Assembly (NCBI GenBank): GCA_963667035.1
Contig: OY762964.1
Coordinates: forward strand, 2,272,001 to 2,336,000
DNA from: Candidatus Cloacimonadales bacterium
GTDB lineage: Bacteria > Cloacimonadota > Cloacimonadia > Cloacimonadales > JAFGVF01
Length of the DNA stretch: 64,000 nt
Direction: 5' to 3'
Shown here: one piece after another, positions 18,529 through 32,665 of the stretch
How the letters are laid out: the number at the start of each line of letters is the position of its first letter
Numbering within the stretch: position 1 is the first letter of the stretch
The notes under the pieces: generated by a model
What the model was told of the DNA's origin: nothing
Seen by the model: the letters and a program-made list of their open reading frames with translations, nothing else
Databases searched by the model: none
Program-made: the position numbers and the translations under genes

Positions 18529-20662
18529 AATTACTCTTACATTCCTTTTGATAATGATGATATTCTCATTATCGTCTAAGTCAATCTTGATTACGGACTC
18601 TGACTCCAATCCGCTCAATAAGGTTTTGGTGATATCGGGTAACAAAGCATATTACAGTAATGATAACGGTATTGCAGAAGTATATGTTGATAGCGACTCC
18701 TTGAAGTTCGTTAGACCGGGTTATGAAAATAGAACAATCAATAGTGATAAGATTGAGAATAAAGTGATATTAATCAAATCTTCCTATAAACTGCCGGGCA
18801 TCACGGTCTCGTCCGAGAGAATAGATCCTGTGTTTAAGTTCGGGGATAGCGAAAAGATTATTATAGCGAATCAGGATAAAGTCTATGATAACTCGGCAGA
18901 CTTGTTTAGTTCAAGAACCGATATTAAAATAGGGAACTCGGGACTGAAAGGTGAAGAGAATACTGTATCACTTTTGGGGCATTCCGAGAAACATACTGCC
19001 ATAATAGTAGATGGGATAGTCATGAATCCTTCGGGACAAAGCTTCGACATCTCCACAATCCCGGCCGAATCAATAGAGTCGATTGAGATAGTAAAGAACA
19101 ATGTTTCCGTAAGTGCGGGTTCGGGAGCTATGGCGGGAGCTATTGTCATAAAAACCCGAAAACTACTAAAAAAAGCATTTTCACCTTCCATAAGAATAGA
19201 TGTAGGTTCATTTGGTTTCAATAAAGAGACTGTTGGATTGGAAGGCTCAATCAACAGAGTAAATATCAGTCTGTTGACTTCCAGACTAAGTACCGATAAC
19301 GATTACGAATACAAGACTAGAGCTTATGCTAACCTCCCCTCTTATACAACTAAAAGAAAGAACAACGGAAAAGACATTTATGATACTAATCTGAAAATGG
19401 AGATTCCCGTTAACTCCTCCTTGATAACATACAGCGGGATGTATGAGGAGTTTGAAAAACAGATGCCGGGAGGGTATAACTTCGAGATACATTACGATAA
19501 AGCTCTTCAAACGGGTTATATCACAAGGCATACAGTCTCTTTTGAGAATGAATTAGGAATTGATTTTAACGGATTCTACCATAAAAGTGACTCGGATTAT
19601 GATAATACCAAGTCTTCTACTAACTCGGCAATGCTCATAACGCATAACAATAATGAAATCACCAAAACAGGTGCTAATCTTAACTGGAATAGACGAACCG
19701 AGCTTCTTGAATTGAATAGTCGTGCCGAATATGCTTACGAGACTTATTCCTCAGTAGACTATGTTAATTCAATAAACTCCGTTCCAGAAAAAGTGAACAG
19801 TTATTATGCCGGTTCCCTAGCTTTAGGTGTTAAACCTATAATCGGTAACTTTAAACTCAGAAGCGATGCGTCTTTACGTTGGGATAACTACAGAAACTTT
19901 AACGAGTTTCTGAGTGGAAGATTATACTCTGGTGTCACTTATGACAACCTTTGGAAAGCTAATCTCGGTTTTAGTTATGGTACCGGCTTTACTGTTCCCT
20001 CTCTTGAAAGTCTTTACTGGAAAGGTTACCCTTCCGCTGTAGGTAATGCGGATTTGGGCGCCGAGGAATCGGAAGGATGGCAATTCTCAACATCTGTTTC
20101 CTATCCGGAAGTGCTCAATCTTAAGTACGGATATAATAGCAATAAAATTGAGAATATGATATATTGGATAAGAAGCTCCGTCTTTGGAGGAGTCTGGAAA
20201 CCTGATAATGCGGGAGAATCATTAATCAGAAACCATGAGATTTCTCTTCAATTATCACCGATAAGGAATTTGGACTTAAATACAAGTTGCACTTTCACGG
20301 ATGCTATTGATAAAACCAAAATTGATGGAGAAGAGAGTGCTTTCTATGATAAGAAGATAGTCTATATTCCCGAATACCAACTTATGTCTGTTCTCTCCTA
20401 TAAGTATAAGAATCTTAACTCTCTAATTGAATGGAGATACACAGGAAAGCAGTGGACTACCAGAGACAATATTATTGATCCTTTAACGGAATATGGTCTT
20501 TTTAATACAGAGCTTACATATAAAATCCTTATTAAAAAGCTTGAGAATATTGTGAGTTTCAGAGTAAACAATGTTCTGGATAAACAATACGAGATAGTAC
20601 CTTACATCCCTCAACCGGGGATAAATTACACGGTATCATATCAGATTAAATATAAGATTTAG
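18521..20662 (+). CDS. btuB: TonB-dependent receptor, BtuB-like
   Basis: Plug motifs IIVDGI, IESIEIVK, GAIVIKT; C-terminal NNVLDKQY...PG; under the B12 riboswitch. Confidence 0.85.
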   Translation: MNKITLTFLLIMMIFSLSSKSILITDSDSNPLNKVLVISGNKAYYSNDNGIAEVYVDSDSLKFVRPGYENRTINSDKIENKVILIKSSYKLPGITVSSERIDPVFKFGDSEKIIIANQDKVYDNSADLFSSRTDIKIGNSGLKGEENTVSLLGHSEKHTAIIVDGIVMNPSGQSFDISTIPAESIESIEIVKNNVSVSAGSGAMAGAIVIKTRKLLKKAFSPSIRIDVGSFGFNKETVGLEGSINRVNISLLTSRLSTDNDYEYKTRAYANLPSYTTKRKNNGKDIYDTNLKMEIPVNSSLITYSGMYEEFEKQMPGGYNFEIHYDKALQTGYITRHTVSFENELGIDFNGFYHKSDSDYDNTKSSTNSAMLITHNNNEITKTGANLNWNRRTELLELNSRAEYAYETYSSVDYVNSINSVPEKVNSYYAGSLALGVKPIIGNFKLRSDASLRWDNYRNFNEFLSGRLYSGVTYDNLWKANLGFSYGTGFTVPSLESLYWKGYPSAVGNADLGAEESEGWQFSTSVSYPEVLNLKYGYNSNKIENMIYWIRSSVFGGVWKPDNAGESLIRNHEISLQLSPIRNLDLNTSCTFTDAIDKTKIDGEESAFYDKKIVYIPEYQLMSVLSYKYKNLNSLIEWRYTGKQWTTRDNIIDPLTEYGLFNTELTYKILIKKLENIVSFRVNNVLDKQYEIVPYIPQPGINYTVSYQIKYKI

Positions 20663-20672
20663 GAGGACTCCC

Positions 20673-21890
20673 TTGAGAAAAACGCTATTAACTTTGTTTT
20701 TGTTACCACTCTTCACATTAAATGCTTTTGAAATGTTCATCGTTAACTCTGTTAGTGAAACTCTCTCAAAGTATGATACGGACACGGGAGTCATAGATAA
20801 TGAGTTCTGCCAATTAGGTCTTTATACAAATAGAATAGCGTTGAATTGGGATTATGGATATGTAGTCAATTCCGGTGATAATACTATTCAAAAGATTAAC
20901 CTTGATACCGGTAGTACTATCTCAAATATCTTTGTCGCTCCTGGATGCAATCCTTACGATATAATACTGGATGGCAACAATGCTTATGTAAGCGGATTAT
21001 TAACTAATAGCGTGTATAAAATAGATTTGAACACTAACAATGTTGTCGGAATAGTAGCCGTCGGTTCAGGACCTGCAGGACTTGAAGTTTATGATAACAA
21101 GCTTTATGTTGCATGTTCAGGTTCATATCCTAACTACAGTAATGCGGAAGTATCAGTGATTAATCTGAGTGATTTCACCTTGTCTCAATCAGTACCGGTT
21201 GAAGGTAATGCCCAGTATATTTATGCGATAGAGTCTATGATACATGTTGTATGTTCTTCGGATTGGGGAGCTAATACGGGAGAGATAGATATTCTTAATC
21301 CGGAAACGAATACGATTGTTGAAACCATACCTCTTGGTGGGTATCTAGGTAATGCTTGGTATTCCGGTAATGGTAACGTTTACGTTTCAGACGGTAACAA
21401 TGCTGGATTATATGCTTACAATCCCATAAGTTTTGAAGAAGTGTATACTTATGACAATAGCTTTTCTACATCAGGGTCTCTAGTTAGCGGAACTCCCGAT
21501 AAGCTGTTTATTGTTGACTCTCAATGGGGAGAAAACGGTGTTTTAAAAGTGTTTAATCTTGATGAGGAGTATCAAACCGAATTATCTGTCGGCATAGCTC
21601 CTACTGATATCAAGATAAGACCTAATGCTATTTCTAATGAGGATGTAGTGCAACCTCAAATTCAAGTCTCAGTGTATCCTAATCCCTTCGTGGATTCAAT
21701 TAATATAAAAACAGATACCGATTGTACCTTTATTTGTTACAATCTAAAGGGACAAGTCGTCCATAGGGATAAACTGAAATCCGGTAATACAGGATTAAAG
21801 ACAAGTAATCTTCCAAGCGGAGTTTATTTCTACAAAGTGATTGATGCCAATAACAATCAGACGACAGGAAAGATGCTAAAGATTAAGTAG
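20673..21890 (+). CDS. YncE/BtuG-like beta-propeller with T9SS/FlgD-type C-terminal sorting domain
   Basis: Signal peptide, YVTN-type blades (YVVNSGDNTIQKINL, VGSGPAGL), tail VYPNPF...YNLKGQVV...LPSGVYFYKV...KMLKIK. Confidence 0.8.
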   Translation: MRKTLLTLFLLPLFTLNAFEMFIVNSVSETLSKYDTDTGVIDNEFCQLGLYTNRIALNWDYGYVVNSGDNTIQKINLDTGSTISNIFVAPGCNPYDIILDGNNAYVSGLLTNSVYKIDLNTNNVVGIVAVGSGPAGLEVYDNKLYVACSGSYPNYSNAEVSVINLSDFTLSQSVPVEGNAQYIYAIESMIHVVCSSDWGANTGEIDILNPETNTIVETIPLGGYLGNAWYSGNGNVYVSDGNNAGLYAYNPISFEEVYTYDNSFSTSGSLVSGTPDKLFIVDSQWGENGVLKVFNLDEEYQTELSVGIAPTDIKIRPNAISNEDVVQPQIQVSVYPNPFVDSINIKTDTDCTFICYNLKGQVVHRDKLKSGNTGLKTSNLPSGVYFYKVIDANNNQTTGKMLKIK

Positions 21891-22047
21891 AAGATATATA
21901 AGAGTTACTATTATTGGATTGAAAACTATTTGATTATGCAGGTAAGATAATCGGTTTATGCAAATAGACATGCTCGTTGGCAGAGACAGCTAATGAGCTG
22001 AATTATCTTGACAACCGAAACAACACTTAACAAATTGTTTTTCACGT

Positions 22048-22124
<77 letters not shown>

Positions 22125-22359
22125 TTGTTTTATACAAATACTGTTTATAATCATCCTTACCACTTTTAATAACAACCTTATTGCAATAATGTTTTACAGC
22201 TTATTCCGGTTGTATATAATACATAATCTATTTTTGTATAGAATGTCTGCATCTTGAATAAGGATTATGAGCTGAAAGAACCAAGTAAAAATTTGACAAT
22301 CTATTGATTACATATAATTTTGTTTCAATTATATTAGCATTTAGAAAACAGGAGTTTTA

Positions 22360-23622
22360 ATGAATAGATTAAGCAAGGCGTTGATTATAGTATTACTTGC
22401 AGTTAGCATTACAAGTTTGTTTGCCGGGAACTCCATATTTAGCCGTTTTGGCTTTCCGGTAGAGAATGATGGATACGACATTTATGGTATGGGTATGGGA
22501 AACACGGGAGCAGGTGACTTCATGCGTATGAACCATGGAGTAGGAGTTAATCCGGCTTTAAGTAGTATCAGCAATCATGTGACACTTGCAACCGGTTTGA
22601 AGATGGGGCTGATAGACTATAAAGATATTACAGATAGCAGTTTTAAGGATGACGCTTTTGACTTCCCGTTCTTCAGTCTCCAAATGCCAATTAAGAAACA
22701 TCACATTGCCTTCCAGTTTACTTCACTTATGAGTGGTAATCTAAAAAGTGAATTTCAATCGAAAGCAACAATTGACGGTACCGAATATGACTTGATTACT
22801 TATGAAACTATCTTCTCATATCTGTATCGCTCTGACTTGATGTATTCATATAAATTCAACCATTTCAGCATTGGTGCAGGTGTTAATTATTATCTCGGTA
22901 ATAGAAAAACACGATTTACTCAAGATTTTATTGGATTTGGTCCCGATATAGATTCACAGAACTTAAACGGTGGTTATGATACATTTTACGAATATAGCAA
23001 TACTTATAAAAATCCCGGATTTACTGCCGGTGTCGGTATGCGTTTCAACAAGTTCAGCATGGGACTGTCATATTTAAGCTCAGTTGACCTTGATAACGAA
23101 AGAAAATTCAATGTTGCGTTACAGAGTAACGAGATTGGAAAGGATTCCTTTAAGTTACCTCAAACATTTATTGGTGGATTAAGCTTGAAACCTATGAATA
23201 CACTAAAAACAAATGTAGACTTTAAATATGAGCTTTGGGAGAAATCGGATATTTATCTTGATCCCAAAGATACTTGGAGGGTTGGTGTAGGTTTGGCTTA
23301 CGAGCCACTTTCAGGTGAAGATAACTTCTTCCGTAAGATTCCTGTTAGAGCCGGTTATACTATGAGACAGTTGCCATTTGAAGTCAATAACTCAAAAGTA
23401 ATGGAGAGTAGTGTTACTGCCGGTTTTACAGTACCAATTAAAGCATTGTTCAGTAGAATAGACTTTGCATATCAATATACCAAACGAGGTAATGTTGATG
23501 ACAATGAACTGGAAGAAACTTCACACATGTTTATGATAGGGATGAGTGGATTTGATATATTCACAAAAACATTAAAGCGTGACCAACCGCGTGATATCCC
23601 TGTAGCAGAGGAACTCTATTAA
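22360..23622 (+). CDS. Outer-membrane protein, OmpP1/FadL-like barrel
   Basis: Signal peptide, SRFGF...GMGNTG...NPALSS, beta-strand pattern, RIDFAYQY. Confidence 0.7.
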   Translation: MNRLSKALIIVLLAVSITSLFAGNSIFSRFGFPVENDGYDIYGMGMGNTGAGDFMRMNHGVGVNPALSSISNHVTLATGLKMGLIDYKDITDSSFKDDAFDFPFFSLQMPIKKHHIAFQFTSLMSGNLKSEFQSKATIDGTEYDLITYETIFSYLYRSDLMYSYKFNHFSIGAGVNYYLGNRKTRFTQDFIGFGPDIDSQNLNGGYDTFYEYSNTYKNPGFTAGVGMRFNKFSMGLSYLSSVDLDNERKFNVALQSNEIGKDSFKLPQTFIGGLSLKPMNTLKTNVDFKYELWEKSDIYLDPKDTWRVGVGLAYEPLSGEDNFFRKIPVRAGYTMRQLPFEVNNSKVMESSVTAGFTVPIKALFSRIDFAYQYTKRGNVDDNELEETSHMFMIGMSGFDIFTKTLKRDQPRDIPVAEELY

Positions 23623-25178
23623 TGCATTTTAAGTGGGATACAGATGATACAAACGGTGAGTCGGTTGTTGACTCGCTTGTTCGAAAACGTAGTTTAGGTC
23701 AGGACTATGCGAACTCTGACCTATCTCAGCTTCCTGACGAAGCTCTTTTAAAAGATATTGATATTGCAGTTAAAAGAATTTTTAAAGCTTTAAGAAATGA
23801 TGAAAAGATAGTAATCTTCGGTCATGATGATCCTGATGGAATAACTTCCACTTTTATACTTTACGACTATCTGAAATCTTTAGGAGCAACTGAGTTAAGT
23901 TATTTCATCCCTAATCGTGAAAAAGAACATCATGGTATTCAGAAGGGCTTTATAGATTATGTTAAGAAAGGTAATCACAAGTTAATTATAACAGTAGATA
24001 ACGGGATAAGTTCTCTTGATGGGGTAAAAAAACTCAGAGATCTAGCTTGTGATGTTATAATTACGGATCATCACATGTTGAAGGAAGAAGGAGCCCCTCA
24101 TTGCTTGGCTGTTGTTAATCCTAAACAGGATGAATGCAGATATCCTTTTGACATGATTGCGGGAGTAGGATTATCATTTATCCTTACAAGATATATCTAC
24201 CAGTATTGCAAAGAAAATGGTATTATAGCTACTGTTCCTCCCTTATCATACGTCTTTTGGGCTGCTGTAGGTTCTATTACTGATAAAGTACCACTTGTTA
24301 ATGTAAACAGGATTATTGTTAAACATGCAATCGACCGTTTTGGTGAGATAAAAGACAACCATATAGAAAGTCTTAGACAGGCATTCGGTAGAGTAACCAA
24401 TATTCAGCAAACCCTAGATTTTATTACATATACCGGCTTTCTTTTTAATAATGGAAGAGACTTAAACGGAAATCATGTAGGCATGGATTATTTACTCGCA
24501 GAAGATGGCGAGATTGATGTAGTTCTTAATGAACTGATCAATCTAAAAAGCGAGAATGATAAGCAAGTAAAATCAGTTACGGAATATGTTGATATGTTGA
24601 TTAGTGGTTATGAAGGAGAAGGATTTATCTATTTTGACGAAGATAATAGCATTCCTTATCCGCTTCTGGGACTTGCTGCATCTCATACATGCCAGAAATT
24701 GAAGATACCTGCAATCTTTTTAAAACGTAAAGAGAATGACATTGTTTGCGAAGGACGCTGTGGTCCGGGATTTAGTGTACTGGAAGCGTTTAGTTATTGT
24801 AGTGATACTCTGCTACAATTCGGCGGACATGTCAAAGCAGCAGGCTTTACAATGGCTCCCGAGAACCTAAATGAGTTTATCTTTCAATTTAATGGATTCT
24901 TGGAGATGTCTAAAGAATCAATTGATGAGAATAAAGTACTTGAAGTTGATGCTCTTGTTAAAGTAAGTGACTTAAACAGAGACTTTTGGGAGAAGCTACA
25001 ACAGCTACAGCCCTTTGGAATGGGGAACTCTATACCTGTGTTCTCTGTGGAAGCAGATAAAGAGGAGTTGGCTAAAGCGGGATTCATGTTGAGTGGAGAG
25101 AAACTTCCATGTGGAAAGCAACAGATAGCCTTCCAATGGATAAAACGTAACACATTACAGATAATAGACTTCTATTGA
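23622..25178 (+). CDS. recJ: RecJ-like DHH/DHHA1 exonuclease with short C-terminus
   Basis: GHDDPDG, ITVDNG, ITDHH, FGGHVKAAGFT, LQPFGMGN. Confidence 0.8.
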   Translation: MHFKWDTDDTNGESVVDSLVRKRSLGQDYANSDLSQLPDEALLKDIDIAVKRIFKALRNDEKIVIFGHDDPDGITSTFILYDYLKSLGATELSYFIPNREKEHHGIQKGFIDYVKKGNHKLIITVDNGISSLDGVKKLRDLACDVIITDHHMLKEEGAPHCLAVVNPKQDECRYPFDMIAGVGLSFILTRYIYQYCKENGIIATVPPLSYVFWAAVGSITDKVPLVNVNRIIVKHAIDRFGEIKDNHIESLRQAFGRVTNIQQTLDFITYTGFLFNNGRDLNGNHVGMDYLLAEDGEIDVVLNELINLKSENDKQVKSVTEYVDMLISGYEGEGFIYFDEDNSIPYPLLGLAASHTCQKLKIPAIFLKRKENDIVCEGRCGPGFSVLEAFSYCSDTLLQFGGHVKAAGFTMAPENLNEFIFQFNGFLEMSKESIDENKVLEVDALVKVSDLNRDFWEKLQQLQPFGMGNSIPVFSVEADKEELAKAGFMLSGEKLPCGKQQIAFQWIKRNTLQIIDFY

Positions 25179-25777
25179 TGAAACCGCTTCTAAAAGAATC
25201 GTTAAGAAAGACAATACACATAAGCTCACTTATGTTGCCTCTATCATACAGGTATCTGCTTGGTTCAAACAAGCGAATTGCCTTTTGGGTCTTTTTGAAC
25301 CTTGCTTTAATATCTTTGGTTATTGATTTATTACGATTAGAGAAGTTACATTTTAAACGCTACTTCATGAGATGGTTCGGTCAGATTCTTAGGAAACATG
25401 AATATACCGGATTCACAGGAGCAACCTTCATGATGATAGCTCATTTAATCTGTATTACCGTTTTCTCTGCTGATATAGCATTCCTAGCAATGAGCTTTCT
25501 TGCTATAGGAGATACTTTTGCTGCAATTGTAGGCATGAACCTCGGGAAAAGAAAGTTTTTAGGCTCTAAAAAGAGCTTGGAAGGTTCATTGGGATGCTTT
25601 ACTTCAACCTTTGCGTTCTCATTAATATTCAGTGCAACCATCAATCCTGCTGTGGGATTTATCGGAGCTTTAGTTGCAACAATTTCCGAGGCTCTTAATT
25701 TACCTGTTGACGATAATTTTAAAATACCGTTAATTAGCGGCATAGCAATGACGGTTGCAGATATATTTATAATTTGA
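25175..25777 (+). CDS. CTP-dependent isoprenoid/diacylglycerol kinase (dolichol/phytol kinase family)
   Basis: RKTIH, GDTFAAIVG, KKSLEGS, DDN motifs. Confidence 0.85.
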   Translation: MMKPLLKESLRKTIHISSLMLPLSYRYLLGSNKRIAFWVFLNLALISLVIDLLRLEKLHFKRYFMRWFGQILRKHEYTGFTGATFMMIAHLICITVFSADIAFLAMSFLAIGDTFAAIVGMNLGKRKFLGSKKSLEGSLGCFTSTFAFSLIFSATINPAVGFIGALVATISEALNLPVDDNFKIPLISGIAMTVADIFII

Positions 25778-25784
25778 GGTCAAA

Positions 25785-26729
25785 ATGCTTATTAGCTTTA
25801 TTATTCCTGTATTGAATGAAAGCGATTCGTTGAAACAGTTATACTCAGAGATTATTGAGAATGTGAAACCCCATGAACATGAAATTATATTCATAGATGA
25901 CGGTTCTACAGATAATAGTCTTGAAGTAATGAAAAATCTGTCTAAGAATGATGAGCAGATTAGAATAGTTTCATTTAGGAGGAACTTTGGTAAAGCGGCA
26001 GCTCTGCAAAGAGGTTTTAAGATTGCTTCAGGTGAAATAGTCTTTACCATGGATGCGGATTTGCAAGATAATCCTGTAGATATATCAGGATTTATCAATA
26101 AGCTTGATGAAGGTTATGACCTAGTTTCTGGCTGGAAGAGAAAGCGACTTGACCCACTTAACAAAAGACTTCCTTCCAAATTCTTTAATGCAATCACTTC
26201 ATCCTTCTTTGGAATTAAACTCCATGATTTTAATTGTGGTTATAAAGCATATAGAAAGGCTGTTGTTAAAGATGTAGACCTGTATGGGGAATTACATAGG
26301 TATATTCCGGTACTTGCCCATACTAAAGGATTTAAAATTGCAGAGCTGGAAGTACAGCATCGGGAAAGAGTTCATGGTAAATCCAAGTATGGATTCGAGA
26401 GGTACATGAGAGGTTTTCTCGATCTCTTATCAGTAGGAATGGTAACAATGTTCCGAAGTAGTCCTCTTTATTTGTTTGGTACATGGGGTGCCTTTTTTGT
26501 ATTTTCCGGTAGTGCAATATCTATCTATTTGACAATAATGAAATTATTCTATCAAATGTCTTTAACAAATAGACCGTTGTTGTTTCTTGGAGTATTGCTT
26601 ATTCTTGTAGGTATGCAGTTCTTCTCGATAGGTCTGGTGTGTGAATTGATAGTGAATAAAACCCATAGGTTAACTATGGATAGAAATATATCAATAAAAG
26701 AAACAGTGAATATTAATCAGGAGGTATAG
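25785..26729 (+). CDS. GT2 polyprenyl-phosphate glycosyltransferase (ArnC/DPM-like)
   Basis: IPVLNE, IDDGSTD, RNFGK, MDADLQD, two C-terminal TMs. Confidence 0.92.
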   Translation: MLISFIIPVLNESDSLKQLYSEIIENVKPHEHEIIFIDDGSTDNSLEVMKNLSKNDEQIRIVSFRRNFGKAAALQRGFKIASGEIVFTMDADLQDNPVDISGFINKLDEGYDLVSGWKRKRLDPLNKRLPSKFFNAITSSFFGIKLHDFNCGYKAYRKAVVKDVDLYGELHRYIPVLAHTKGFKIAELEVQHRERVHGKSKYGFERYMRGFLDLLSVGMVTMFRSSPLYLFGTWGAFFVFSGSAISIYLTIMKLFYQMSLTNRPLLFLGVLLILVGMQFFSIGLVCELIVNKTHRLTMDRNISIKETVNINQEV

Positions 26730-26731
26730 AT

Positions 26732-27307
26732 ATGAAGAAAGTTTATCTTATCTTGATAGGGTTTTTGTTAACTACTTTATGTTTTTCACTTGGGTATAGC
26801 TACGATGATTTTGATACTGCAACCAGAGGAGTTACAGACACTGAAAAATTGGTAGAGACTTATAGAGATTATATTGAGAATTCTAATGACTTAAATGTCC
26901 TTGAAATGGTAGAGGATGTTTGGTTAGTTATTGACGAAGCAAGTCTCAGATCTCATCTTACCAAGATGTCAATGCGTCACCCAAATGATTCAAGATACTA
27001 TTATTTATTGGGCAGAATTGAGAAAGATCCGGTGAACAAAATCAGCTACGCAAGAAAAACTATTAAGAATGACAGAAAAGCCATATATGGTTATGAAATG
27101 ATGTTGAAAACTTACAATGATTATTTCTTTGGGAATGAGACTCTTAACCCTCAACAGATAGAGATCCTAAGTATTAGTCTTAAGAAAGATAAGAATTACG
27201 GTCGTGATCTATTGAGGTATGATGCCTATAATAGAATTGGTATAGCTTTTGATACAAACTATACGCAATACACAGCTGAAAAGAAAGCTTCTAAAAAGAA
27301 AGATTAG
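26732..27307 (+). CDS. Exported hypothetical protein
   Basis: Signal peptide, GGAGG RBS, helical TPR-like segment. Confidence 0.65.
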   Translation: MKKVYLILIGFLLTTLCFSLGYSYDDFDTATRGVTDTEKLVETYRDYIENSNDLNVLEMVEDVWLVIDEASLRSHLTKMSMRHPNDSRYYYLLGRIEKDPVNKISYARKTIKNDRKAIYGYEMMLKTYNDYFFGNETLNPQQIEILSISLKKDKNYGRDLLRYDAYNRIGIAFDTNYTQYTAEKKASKKKD

Positions 27308-27327
27308 TTTTCAATATAGTATTTTAT

Positions 27328-27364
27328 GACAGATTAAGTCTGAAAAGACTTAATCTGTCTTTTT
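27328..27364 (+). terminator. Intrinsic terminator
   Basis: GACAGATTAAGTCT-GAAA-AGACTTAATCTGTC followed by a T run. Confidence 0.8.
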
Positions 27365-27375
27365 AAAAGGAGAAT

Positions 27376-30196
<2,821 letters not shown>

Positions 30197-30197
<1 letters not shown>

Positions 30198-31504
30198 TGA
30201 AAATTTTAGAACGTTACATTTTAAAAGAACATCTTGCTCCTTTCTCAGTCTCATTATTGGTTGTGACTTTTGTCATACTTCTTGAGCAGATTCTTGATAT
30301 TCTAAATGTAATCTTTGAAAAGCAACTTCCAATAATGATGGTACTTGAAGTATTTACTCTTTCATTACCGTTTATTCTAGCCCTTTCAATTCCTATGTCT
30401 GTGCTAATGGCATCATTAAATGCTTTTGGGAGACTCTCTACCGATAGTGAAACTACTGCCATGAAAGCATGTGGAGTAGATGTCTACAGTAAAACGGGAC
30501 CTCTATTTGTAGTTGCTATTCTCTTAGCTGTCTTTATGGTATTCTTTAACAACAAGGTATTACCTGACGCTAATCATAAGCTTAGGAACATGATGCTTAA
30601 GATAGCTTATTATAAACCTATGTCATCAGTTAAAGCAGGTGAATTTACTACAATTCAGGAATACACAATTTATGTTAAGGAAAATGACGGCTCTGAAATG
30701 AAGGGCATTGTCATTTTCGATAAATCTAAAAGCAGATTCCCTCATACTATTGTAGCAGAGAGAGGAACTATTGTTCAGAGTAGAGAAGGGACATCACTGA
30801 GAGCTGTACTATTCAATGGGCAGATGCACGAAAGATTAGATGCCTCTCAAGATGAATATCAACTTAGAAATTTTGATAAATTCATTTTAAACATTACCGA
30901 TGTTGGTAAGAAAGATGAATTTGAAGATTCCAGTTATAGAGGTGATAGAGAGCTAAGTAATGCTGAGCTAGAAGGTCGAATCAAGGAAACGGAAAAAGAG
31001 ATTGTTAAAGTTGAGAGTGAGATTCAAGAATTGGATAAAAAACTCAGTAGAGAGGATGACAGAGAAGAAGTAAGTGAGAAAAACAAGCGTATCCGTAGTA
31101 CAAAAGCAATGATTAAACTAAAGAATGACAGATTGGAAGATTTACAAGAGGATATCAGGTCATTCAAAGTTGAGATACATAAAAAATACTCAATAAGTTT
31201 TGCAATAATTATATTTGTTATGATTGGAATCCCATTGGGTATGATGACAAAGACAAGTGGTGCAGGTACATCCTTTGCCATAAGCTCGGTAGTATTCTTA
31301 GTTTATTACATCAGCCTTGTAGCAGGAGAGTCATTGGCAAGTAAGGGTTATGTAAGTCCTTTCTTGTCCATGTGGATTTCCAATATCATCTTTCTGATTA
31401 TTGCAATTGTTCTGATATATCAATCACGTAGAGAGAGACAACTCTTCGATGTGAACTTACTAATCAGAAAGATTGGAAGCCTAATGAGACGAGGTAGAAA
31501 ATGA
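30197..31504 (+). CDS. lptF: LPS export permease LptF
   Basis: YjgP/Q topology, FGRLSTDSE; coiled-coil insertion; paired with lptG. Confidence 0.85.
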
Positions 31505-32589
31505 GAATACTTGATCGTTATATGATGAGAGAATTCCTTAAAACATATTTTGTTATTCTCGTTGCTTTCTTCACAATCTTTATTGTAATAGATGTTATTG
31601 ACCATTTACCGAAACTCATAAGGAATGGAGCAACAATACAACAATCATTAGTCTATTATGTTCTTAGAATTCCACAACTCTTTGTACTGACTTCACCTAT
31701 TACAGTCTTACTTGCCGGTCTGTTTATGATGAACGGATTGGCAAAATACAATGAATCTGTAGCTGTAAGATCGGCTGGTATAAGTATAACCAGAATGGTG
31801 ACTCCGATACTTATAATCGGGTTACTCATTTCTGCAGCAAATCTTGTTATCGGAGACAGATTACTTCCTTTAGCTGAATCGAAAAGAACCTATGTCTATC
31901 AAGTACTTATTAAGAAACAAACAATGGAAGATAGGAAAATACGTTCTAAAATAAACTATGTTGGCTCGGACAACAGTTTCTATTATATTGGTTATTTTAA
32001 CGGTTATGTCCAACAAATGAAGGTAGTAGATATCACTCGATTTTCTCCTAAAACAGGTGAAGTTATAGAAAAGATATCTGCAGCAAAAGCCTTATGGAAA
32101 GAGGATCATTGGCTCTTCCTTGATTGTGATGTACGTGCATTCAGGGATAAAAAACCTGTTAGTTTTAATCATTATGAAATGACCAAACTAAACTTTGTTG
32201 ATGTTACGCCTAAAGACTTTATTCAACGAACTTCTAAAACCCTTTCAATGAACTATAATGAGCTTCAAAAGTATATTGAAAGCAGAAAGAAGATTGGTGA
32301 CGAATATGTAGAAGAATTAGTTGATCTCTACACAAAACTGACATATCCGCTTGCAAACTTTATAATACTTATGTTTTGTATACCGGCAGCTTCAACAAAT
32401 TCCCGTAGTAAACAAAGAGGATGGGTATTCCTATTCGGTATTCTCGTCTGTTTAATCTATTTGAGTACATTGAGAGTCTGCCAAAGTTTGGGGTATAATG
32501 AAGTTCTTGCACCATGGCTAGCTGCCTGGTTACCTAATATCATTTTTACGCTAGTAGGTTTATACTTCGTTAAAAAAGCTGAAATATAG
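31501..32589 (+). CDS. lptG: LPS export permease LptG
   Basis: ILDRYM, NESVAVRSAGIS, LAAWLPN. Confidence 0.85.
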   Translation: MRILDRYMMREFLKTYFVILVAFFTIFIVIDVIDHLPKLIRNGATIQQSLVYYVLRIPQLFVLTSPITVLLAGLFMMNGLAKYNESVAVRSAGISITRMVTPILIIGLLISAANLVIGDRLLPLAESKRTYVYQVLIKKQTMEDRKIRSKINYVGSDNSFYYIGYFNGYVQQMKVVDITRFSPKTGEVIEKISAAKALWKEDHWLFLDCDVRAFRDKKPVSFNHYEMTKLNFVDVTPKDFIQRTSKTLSMNYNELQKYIESRKKIGDEYVEELVDLYTKLTYPLANFIILMFCIPAASTNSRSKQRGWVFLFGILVCLIYLSTLRVCQSLGYNEVLAPWLAAWLPNIIFTLVGLYFVKKAEI

Positions 32590-32623
32590 TCACGCCTTCC
32601 CAATTAATAAACAAGATTTCTTT

Positions 32624-32665
32624 CGGTAGTAATGCTACTTATAAGTGTTACTACCGTTTCTTTTT
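32624..32665 (+). terminator. Intrinsic terminator after lptG
   Basis: CGGTAGTAATGC...GTGTTACTACCG followed by a T-rich tail. Confidence 0.65.
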
